A stretch of 10,640 bases of DNA from Tubiluchus corallicola (taxonomy: Eukaryota; Animalia; Priapulida): assembly GCA_030141605.1 (NCBI GenBank), contig JAQGDQ010002183.1, positions 1 to 10,640 on the forward strand, read 5' to 3'. Shown piece after piece: positions 1 to 7,569 of this stretch (position 1 is its first letter; each line of letters opens with the position of its first letter). The notes beneath the pieces are model-generated. The model did not search any database and was not told the origin of the DNA. It was given only the letters and a program-made list of their open reading frames with translations. A program made the position numbers and the translations under genes.

Positions 1-683
1 GATATGAAGAAGGAAGGGAGGGGAGGATGAGTGAATGAAAGAATGGTTAGAGTTAGTAGATATGATGGAATGGGAAAAAAATAGTAAGATTAGGGATAGG
101 AAGAAGGAAGGGAGCTGAGAATGAGTTAATGAAAGAATGGTTAGGGTTAGTAGACATGATGGAATGGAAAAATAGTAAGATTAGGGAGAGGAAGAAGGAA
201 GGGAAGGGAGGATGAGTGAACGAAAATATGGTTAGGGTTTGTAGACATGATTGAATGGAAAAAATAGTAAGATTAGGGATAGGAAGAAGGAAGGGAGGGG
301 AGGGTGAGTGAATGAAAGAATGGTTAGAGTTAGTAGATATGATGGAATGGAAAAATAGTAAGATTAGGGATAGGAAGAAGGAAGGGAGAAGAGAATGAGC
401 GAATGAAAGAATGGTTAGGGTTAGTAGAAATGATGAAATGGAAAAAAATAGTAAGATTAGGGGGAGGAAGAAGGAAGGGAGGAGAGAACGAGTTAATGAA
501 AGAATGGTTAGGGTTAGTAGACATGATGGAATGGAAAAAAATAGTAAGATTAGAGATAGGAAGAAGGAAGGGAGAAGAGAATGAGCGAATGAAAGAATGG
601 TTAGGGTTAGTAGACATGATGGAATGGAAAAAAATAGTAAGATTGGGGATAAGAAGAAGGAAAAGAGGAGAAGAAACGACCAC
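1..683. repeat. Tandem array (~7 copies, truncated by window start) of a ~92-95-bp purine-rich satellite
   Basis: Unit approx. GAGTGAATGAAAGAATGGTTAGGGTTAGTAGACATGATGGAATGGAAAAAAATAGTAAGATTAGGGATAGGAAGAAGGAAGGGAGGGGAGGAT; array ends in AAAAGAGGAGAAGAAACGACCAC. Confidence 0.95.
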
Positions 684-1151
684 AAATAGGGAGGCATAAT
701 TGTATTTATGTATCTACTACAGGTGTATGTTAGGAAGTTTCTAACGTTAGGAATTTCTTCATTTCACTTGCACCTAAATGATTTAAAACTAATAACTAAT
801 TAGATTCCCTTACTTTTTAAGCACAAATCTTTTACAATTTTTACATATAAGTTATATGTTTTCATTTATTTTAATTTGCTAATGTTTTTAAGTTTAATGT
901 TATGGTGTGAATACTAACTTAGGAACACCATAAGTAGCATCGTGCTTACCAACTTGATGAAAATAAAGAAAGCGAAAAATGGCGGATAGCACCTAGATTT
1001 GAACCAGAGCCTTGGGACCCTTCTCATCCCCGTTTCACTAATCAAACTCAAGTCGTTTTCTCGCACTATTTGTCAACCAGACTGTTGGCGTTACCAACAA
1101 CATGTGAACAGCTGCAGACGAATGCGAACGCAGCTTTAGAATGCCACAATA

Positions 1152-1859
1152 CAGTGTTCCCTCACTTATCGCGGGTGTTCCGTTCCGCAAAGTAGGGACA
1201 CTATACTTATTTAATACTTACACATTTGGGTGGCATCGTAGGGCTTGAATAAATTCAGTCTCTAACGAAAACTAGCATAAAAGAAAACAAATTGCACGGT
1301 ACCCGAGCCAATCAGCGACTGCGATGCAGAGCAGCATTCTCTGGTTGGTCGCTTTCCATCAATCAACCAATCGTGTGTTGTGTACAATCTCACGACAGCA
1401 AGTAGCATTTCAAGCGGGCGCAAGTACTACATTTCGTTTTTGGTGTGTATTCATCCGCCGAATAAATACACTATTTACTGTAAATGGTAATTTTTTATCT
1501 ATTATATTAATATTTATATATATTTATTTATATATATATAAGATTCGAGGCTACAGCTTCGACGAGGGCACCATTTGTGGCGATCTATATATCAAACGAA
1601 AGGTCTCGATCTAGTGTCGTCTCATTGGGGGTTTATTTTTCGAATCGGGCCCACCGGGAGGAACGGGGGACGAAAAACCTCCAAAAATGGCCATTTTTCG
1701 GCCGCTTTTTGCAAAAGTTATACGGCCGAGATGTAGAGAACGAGAACGGGCCGAGGGGGGTTTATGGACGCTGGCTATGGATGATTTATAATATTCTTTG
1801 AAAACCCGCGAAACAGCGAGTCCGCGATAAACGAACCGCGAAGTGGCGAGGGAACACTG
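1152..1859. mobile_element. Non-autonomous Tc1/mariner-superfamily (pogo/Tigger-like) MITE
   Basis: Terminal inverted repeats CAGTGTTCCCTC (12 bp perfect, extending imperfectly to ...TCGCGG), TA on both sides (1150-1151, 1860-1861), and no coding capacity. Confidence 0.85.
1541..1790. mobile_element. Probable nested insertion (unclassified, possibly Helitron/Helentron-like fragment) inside the MITE
   Basis: Abrupt GC-rich block starting at a (TA)n tract inside an otherwise AT-rich MITE interior. It contains TATATATCAAACGAAAGGTCTCG, reminiscent of non-autonomous rolling-circle elements. Boundaries are approximate. Confidence 0.3.
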
Positions 1860-1907
1860 TACATTAACACATAAAAACATTGTGCAAAGTTAACTATAAT
1901 AACGTAC

Positions 1908-2025
1908 GATTCCGGTAGATCCGGTGCCCCATCAGCCTGTCCTGGCAGATCCACATGGACCAAGATGACCCGTGTTTTGATGTCCGCCATGGCCGGATGC
2001 TCCATGAATCCATGAAAACTTTTGT
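1908..2025 (-). CDS. NDRG: NDRG-family exon: (H)KSFHGFMEHPAMADIKTRVILVHVDLPGQADGAPDLPE(S)
   Basis: 118 nt. Acceptor ttttcttgtgcatag|AC and donor GAATC|gtacgt. The HVDLPGQADGAPDLP segment matches the NDRG HVDAPGQxxGA motif. Phase-1 entry completes the His codon (C+AC) from the upstream exon. Confidence 0.93.
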
Positions 2026-2109
2026 CTATGCACAAGAAAAATTAAAGCAACGATTTTTCTTTTATAAAAGACTACCCATAAAATTATAAAAACTGATTTA
2101 TATATATAT

Positions 2110-2177
2110 ATATTCTTTGAAAACCCGCGAAACAGCGAGTCCGCGATAAACGAACCGCGAAGTGCGGAGGGAACACT
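2110..2177 (+). repeat. Direct duplicate of the right end of the 1152-1859 MITE
   Basis: 2110-2177 matches 1791-1858 except for a GC/CG swap (AGTGGCGAGG vs AGTGCGGAGG). Confidence 0.9.
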
Positions 2178-2218
2178 AGCGAGGGTTTTTCTGTGAGCTC
2201 AAGAAAAAATGCAGTTGT

Positions 2219-2253
<35 letters not shown>

Positions 2254-2268
2254 ATATATTATAATATA
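2219..2268. repeat. (TA)n microsatellite, imperfect
   Basis: Direct reading; it is the target site of the adjacent TA-inserting MITE. Confidence 0.9.
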
Positions 2269-2751
2269 CCGTATTTTCCCGTGTATAAGAGACCCTTGTG
2301 TATAAGAGACCCCTTCAATTTTTAGGCAAAAATTCTGGAAAAAAGTTTTTTGGTAATGAATAACTTTATTCATCATGGAAATCATTAAATTCCTCATCAC
2401 TCTCATCAAAAATATCAACTGGAGTCAGACCTTCAGCAATTCCAGCCAGTTCATCATCAGAGGAGTCACTCTGCTCAAAAATGGCATTGTCCTCTTTTGA
2501 CATTTAAAAAAATAATAACTTACCCGGTACATTAATTTTATCATTAGAATTTAGCCATGGAGAAGATTTATTGAAAGGAAACTATAATTATTCGAAATAA
2601 AACAGTTGTAGAGCACTTATTTCTTTAAAATCATTAGTGTCACAATTTATGCATCTTATTGAAAAGACTTACTCCCATGTATAAGAGACCCCTTATTTTT
2701 AAAGTGAAAATTCTGAGCAAAAAAGGGTCTCTTATACACGGGAAAATACGG
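2269..2751 (-). mobile_element. pogo-like MITE / internally deleted DNA transposon, 483 bp
   Basis: Perfect 29-bp TIRs CCGTATTTTCCCGTGTATAAGAGACCCTT (2269-2297, 2723-2751), TA on both sides (2267-2268, 2752-2753), and subterminal copies of TGTATAAGAGACCCC near both ends. Confidence 0.92.
2366..2503 (-). pseudogene. Remnant of an acidic transposase-like C-terminus inside the MITE
   Basis: Reads MSKEDNAIFEQSDSSDDELAGIAEGLTPVDIFDESDEEFNDFHDE*, stopping about 70 bp before the TIR. It resembles the EDxxIF...D/E-rich...FxxF tails of pogo-family transposases. Confidence 0.55.
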
Positions 2752-3066
2752 TAATAATAGCTTTTTCTTGAGCTCACAGAAAAACGGTCTCCTCCAGAAA
2801 TTACAATCCAAAGTTCTGCTACTTCCTACACAATAACTGAAGGTCAATGTGACGTGCCTACAACCATCAGCCAAGACCACACATCACGTGTTGGCTGTAG
2901 TTTTTTCAATTCAATTAATTTATTTCCCTCCACCAATACATATACAATACATTAACATACAATATTATTGAAAAAAAGAAACAGTATAGGTAAAAAAACG
3001 TTGATGAAGTCAAATTAACCAAATAAAAGAGTTGCTGTGTGACACCTTGAAAGCTTGGCTTGTTAA

Positions 3067-3827
3067 GGTGGCAGAAATGAGTGAATGAAAGAATGGTTAG
3101 GGTTAGTAGAAGTGATGGAATGGAAAAAATAGTAATATTAGGGATAGGAAGAAGGAAGGGAGGGGAGGATGAGTTAATGAAAGAATGGTTAGGGTTAGTA
3201 GACATGATGGAATGGAAAAAAATGGTAAGATTAGGGATAGGAAGAAGGAAGGGAGGGGAGGATGAGTTAATGAAAGAATGGTTAGGGTTAGTAGACATGA
3301 TGGAATGGAAAAAAATAGTAAGATTAGGGATAGGAAGAAGGAAGGGAGGGGAGGATGAGTGAATGAAAGAATGGTTAGGGTTAGTAGACATGATGGAATG
3401 GAAAAAAATAGTAAGATTAGGGATAGGAAGAAGGAAGGGAGGGGAGGATGAGTGAATGAAAGAATGGTTAGGGTTAGTAGACATGATGGAATGGAAAAAA
3501 ATAGTAAGATTAGGGATAGGAAGAAGGAAGGGAGGAGAGGATGAGTGAATGAAAGAATGGTTAGGGTTAGTAGACATGATGGAATGGAAAAAATAGTAAG
3601 ATTAGGGATAGGAAGAAGGAAGGGAGGGGAGGATGAGTGAATGAAAGAATGGCTAGGGTTAGTAGACATGATGGAATGCAAAAAAATAGTAAGATTAGGG
3701 AGAGGAAGAAGGAAAGAGGGGAGAATGAATTGATGAAAGAATGGTTAGGGTTAGTAGACATGATGGAATGGAAAAAATAGTAAGATTAGGGATAGGAAGA
3801 AGGAAAAGAGGAGAAGAAACGACCACT
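3067..3827. repeat. Second array (8 copies) of the same 92-93-bp satellite
   Basis: Unit starts at 3079, 3171, 3264, 3357, 3450, 3543, 3635 and 3727. It has the same terminal AAAAGAGGAGAAGAAACGACCAC and is flanked by TTAA at 3063-3066 and 3828-3831. Confidence 0.95.
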
Positions 3828-4054
3828 TTAACTTAACTACCATGCTGTTTATAACCAACCAGATTGTTAATGACTTAAAAAGGTACCACAATGTTTTGAC
3901 TTTCTTGAAATTGTTAATAGGTGGCACAGCCGTACAATGCACTTTACTAGTACACCTACATGCTGGTGTCACCATCTACTAAAATGACTTTGAACTAACC
4001 GAAGTTAGCACACTTTTAAGTTCAGGACTGCAGACTACGTAATTCAACACTTAC

Positions 4055-4112
4055 GATTTGATCCCATATCATGGACTGTCATTATGACTGGTTTTTTGGT
4101 CGACAAATCTCC
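4055..4112 (-). CDS. NDRG: NDRG-family exon: GDLSTKKPVIMTVHDMGSN(H)
   Basis: 58 nt. Acceptor attttcag|GGA and donor AATC|gtaagt. Encodes the hallmark NDRG P(V)IxTxHDxGxNH motif. Absent from the ORF track because it is short. Confidence 0.92.
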
Positions 4113-4318
4113 CTGAAAATGAACACACATTTAACAATTGTAGGAACACTTTTGTAACAGCATTGACGTCACAATAACGGAGGCGACGGTAACGTTAGTT
4201 CTGCTTCATTACGCATGCGTGAGGCCGAATGGACACCATTCTAAGAAAGGCAGTACAGAGTCATTATCAACTGTGGGCTTTAATAAAAAAGGTATGAATT
4301 CAGATCATGCATCATGCA

Positions 4319-5025
4319 GTTGTGGATTGCGCAACACGTAGTTACGGATTGCGCAACACGTAGTTACGGATTGCGCATCACGTAGTTACGGATTGCGCAA
4401 CACGTAGTTACGGATTGCGCAACACGTAGTTACGGATTGCGCATCACGTAGTTACGGATTGCGCATCACGCAGTTGTGGATTGCGCATCACGCAGTTACG
4501 GATTGCGCATCACGTAGTTACGGATTGCGCATCACGTAGTTACGGATTGCGCATCACGTAGTTACGGATTGCGCATCACGTAGTTACGGATTGCGCATCA
4601 CGTAGTTACGGATCGCGCATCACGCAGTTGTGGATTGCGCAACACGTAGTTACGGATTGCGCATCACGTAGGTAGTTGCGGATTGCGCATCACGTAGTTA
4701 CGGATTGCGCATTATGCAGTTGTGGATTGCACAACACGTAGTTACGGATTGCGCATCACGTAGTTACGGATTGCGCAACACGTAGTTACGGATTGCGCAT
4801 CGCGTAGTTACGGATTGCGCATCGCGTAGTTACGGATTGCGCATCGCGTAGTTACGGATTGCGCATCGCGTAGTTACGGATTGCGCATCGCGTAGTTACG
4901 GATTGCGCATCGCGTAGTTACGGATTGCGCATCACGTAGTTACGCATTGCGCATCACGTAGTTACGCCTTACGCATCACGTAGTTACGGTTTGCGCATTA
5001 CATAGTTACGCATTACGCATTACAT
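4319..5025. repeat. 22-bp CpG-rich minisatellite, about 32 copies
   Basis: Unit GTTACGGATTGCGCATCACGTA with variants (AACACG/ATCACG/ATCGCG; GTTGTG). Units are head-to-tail with no spacers and degenerate at the right end. Confidence 0.97.
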
Positions 5026-5774
5026 ACACATGGAAACATTTTTCACTTTCACATGTTCATACACCAACAGTTTTACACACAAGATCGCATCACGCATACA
5101 TCAAGTCCTATCTTAAGTTTCTTAAATTTACATTTTTTAAGCTTTAAGCAGCATTCACTGCGGGTTTCACGCTACATTCGGTAAGCTTAGGCATCGAAAC
5201 TTCACACTAACGGACTTAATAATGCCTCATAAAGGGAAAACCTAAGTGTAAAGCAAAGGTTATGACATAACTCAGTTATAAAAAAGTGTTGGAATGAGTA
5301 GTAATTATTAATAATGAAATATAATTAAACGATATTGTTTCGGGATTCGACCCGGTAGATAGCCTTACGGCCCGCCATCGGTGATGCGGGTAAGCGCTGC
5401 ATAACGGACACTCCAGAAATTTGAAAAAAAAAGAAACGACAAAACCAAAACTTAGAATTCAAAAGGGACGGCTGAGAAGAACAACACAATAGAAAAAAAC
5501 CTGATGACAATGCTTCAAACCTTACGGAATCCACGACACTCCGGCAGGCAGACAGGAGAAGTACATTCCACGACAACCAGAAGACAACTGACGATGTCAC
5601 GTGTTTCGTTCTTTCCACAGGAAACCACTGCTCAACCAATCGCAGGTAATGTTATGGGCTTCCCAGTTTAAAGTGGAGGTCATAATATTACCTGTAGGTT
5701 GGCTGGTCTGGTGCCTATGAATGGAACTATACAATGCACTTTCACCTGTTCAGCTCAATATTATTAATACTTAC

Positions 5775-5825
5775 CTGCACCCAAGCGTCCAGATTTCCAC
5801 ATGTTTCCGTACCAATCACGTGGTG
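5775..5825 (-). CDS. NDRG: NDRG-family exon: HHVIGTETCGNLDAWVQ
   Basis: 51 nt, phase 0/0. Acceptor gtttttatgttttag|CAC and perfect donor CAG|gtaagt. TExCGxLxxxVQ followed by GDLS is what I recall for the invertebrate ZK1073.1/CG2082-type N-terminus. Confidence 0.85.
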
Positions 5826-5894
5826 CTAAAACATAAAAACAAACAAACATGTTATTTGTTAAATGCCAAACATTGAAGACAGTCTTACAACTAC

Positions 5895-5898
<4 letters not shown>

Positions 5899-5959
<61 letters not shown>

Positions 5960-5996
5960 AGGGAGAGGGAGAGGGGGAGGGGGGAGGGGGGAGGGG

Positions 5997-6095
<99 letters not shown>
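5899..6095. repeat. (GA)n microsatellite with a central (GGGAGA)n/(GGGGGA)n core
   Basis: About 195 bp of pure purine; G-rich core at ~5948-6001. Confidence 0.97.
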
Positions 6096-6160
6096 TCCTG
6101 CAACGTATAATATAGTATTACATAGTACATAGTATTATTACATAGTATTACGTGACTTGC

Positions 6161-6181
6161 CTGAGCCGTTGCCATTCTCAT
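6161..6181 (-). CDS. NDRG: Probable start-codon exon of the NDRG-family gene: MRMATAQ (exon 6161-6186; alternative start at 6175 gives MATAQ)
   Basis: Acceptor catatttgcag|TCAAT, two in-frame ATGs (the second in AGAATGG context), then CAG|gcaagt, a consensus-quality GC donor in phase 0 that matches the next exon. Confidence 0.55.
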
Positions 6182-6776
6182 ATTGACTGCAAATATGAAC
6201 ACGTGTGCAAATGCCTGAATTTGACAATACAAATTTTGCAAAATGATGATGATTTTAATGATGATTAAAATGATGATATATATATATATATATATGTAAA
6301 AAACTAAATTTCTGATTTCAGAAGCATCTAAGTGTCTGTGAACTGCTGTGGTTTAACTTGACTGACAAAGTTGAAACTACAGAATAACAAATAGTCATTC
6401 AGATAAAGTTTTGCCCATGAAGGGTAACACACAAGATGATGTACCAATCAAACTGTTCATCAGTAACACAGTACTACATTACACAGCTCAGGTTGGTCAC
6501 GATCATTGATAATTACCAAATTGGCTCGTCGATGCTCAACATGATGGCACAATTATGATTTAAATAACACACACAAATTTCACTTTACAAAAACTATATA
6601 ATGCAAAATAGTAAATCCCGCAAATTTGTAAATAAGTACGAAATAACCTGCGCAAAGTATTATTTTTTCTGATTCTATACATAAGTACGAATTATCACAG
6701 TACTACAACCATAAGTACCACAACCAATAAAATTTTTAGCTAGACTCAATAGTCAGTTTTTGCATTACGGACTTAC

Positions 6777-6945
6777 AGCAGACTGGCAGCTGATCAGTCT
6801 CACGAATAAATATCGATTACCGATCAGCTCGGTACCCAAATTCTGATCGATTTTCGCCAATCAGGTCGTTAAATGTTACCTATATATCTCGATTACCCAC
6901 CACACTAACTGAAATAATGGAACACTTGGGGAATTAATATCTACA
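6777..6945 (-). promoter_or_regulatory. Candidate core promoter and non-coding first exon of the NDRG-like gene
   Basis: On the minus strand: TATTAATT beginning at 6939, about 29 nt upstream of an Inr-like TCAGTT (A at 6910), then a gtaagt donor at 6776-6771. The sequence is non-repetitive. Motif-only evidence. Confidence 0.3.
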
Positions 6946-7393
6946 GACACTGCGAACGTGTTACTGCATGATAAACCCAGACGAGCCTCGGAGATGCTAA
7001 TCAGTTTTCTGCAGCATCCGCGCGCCGGATAATTAACGAGAACTCGCGACCACAACTGCGGTTGGGTTAATCAAAGGCGACAGGTGAAAATTATCCCGAC
7101 TAATTAATTAACTAATTAATTAAGCTGCCGTGTACTGGTACTGCTGCTAGAAACAAAAATGTCACTAGGCCAATTAGAGCCAAGTGCCAATCAGTAAGTG
7201 TCAGAGAGTATAAACACAAATGAACTGATCACAGATCATATCACGTAACTACGTCCTTAATTAGAAAGCTCTACTCTAAAAGCACCCAGCTCTTATAGAA
7301 CCGTGAGTCAGCGATGAACGTGTTATACAAATTAGCAACACGAGTTAGAAAATATTATTATGATTATTAATATTATTATTTGTTAAAATTATT

Positions 7394-7516
7394 AACAAAT
7401 TTTACCTGTTTTTCACTCAAAATCAAAATGCTATTTTTAGTTTATGCAAGACTGACCCTATTCTGTTGCCCATTAATTTACAGTACATGTATTTTCTTTA
7501 TTTTGGATTACTTAAT
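7394..7516 (+). repeat. ~125-bp dispersed repeat, copy 1
   Basis: Aligns by eye with 8331-8456 (shared TTTCACTCAAAATCAAAA, GCTATTTTTAGTTTATGCAAGA, TGACCCTATTC, TACATGTATTTTCTTTA, TGGATTACTTAAT). Confidence 0.9.
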
Positions 7517-7569
7517 TACAGATATATTTTAATCAATAAGTCTGAAAATGATGAAGTAGAACCCAAATG

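Larger units (their letters stand above)
2185..2785. repeat. 24-bp perfect inverted repeat pair bracketing the pogo-like MITE
   Basis: GTTTTTCTGTGAGCTCAAGAAAAA at 2185-2208 and its reverse complement at 2762-2785. Confidence 0.85.
1908..6181 (-). other. NDRG: Span of the visible 5' coding portion of a spliced NDRG-family (ZK1073.1/CG2082-like) gene; 3' exons lie outside the window
   Basis: Four phase-compatible exons (phases 0, 0, 1, then 2 at the last donor) splice into one open frame. It carries the NDRG motifs TxHDxGxNH and HVDxPGQxxGA. No further exon (expected F/YxFPS/T...) was found between 684 and 1907. Confidence 0.9.

Noticed and set aside
1-683. True telomere or interstitial telomeric array
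   Set aside because: TTAGGG occurs only as isolated motifs within a 93-bp unit, not as a continuous hexamer array.
53-699. Long ORFs (214, 117 and 98 aa) on both strands
   Set aside because: Translations of the 93-bp satellite. The peptides are periodic and low-complexity, with no splice or homology support.
960-1060. B-box-like GGTTCAAATC on the minus strand (996-1005), possible SINE head
   Set aside because: No convincing A box or cloverleaf; too weak to call without a repeat-library search.
1775-2035. 86-aa minus-strand ORF as a complete gene
   Set aside because: Only 1908-2025 is NDRG-like and bounded by splice sites; the rest is intron or MITE read-through.
2915-3975. ORFs of 220, 192, 93, 74 and 64 aa, some looking like multi-pass membrane proteins
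   Set aside because: Same satellite; the hydrophobicity comes from the T/C-rich strand.
4319-5025. Possible CRISPR array
   Set aside because: Units are contiguous with no unique spacers, there are no cas genes, and the context is a eukaryotic intron.
5495-5610. CTGATGA/CTGACGA as hammerhead ribozyme cores
   Set aside because: No correctly placed stem II plus GAAA and no closing stems.
5325-5650. 104-aa minus ORF; also a plus-strand SFFP motif suggestive of a decayed LINE RT C-terminus
   Set aside because: No family motifs in the ORF, and the SFFP hint needs frameshifts and has no other firm support.
5849-6241. RE-repeat and SL-repeat ORFs
   Set aside because: Products of the (GA)n microsatellite. 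Only the MRMATAQ segment of the minus ORF is retained, as a probable exon.
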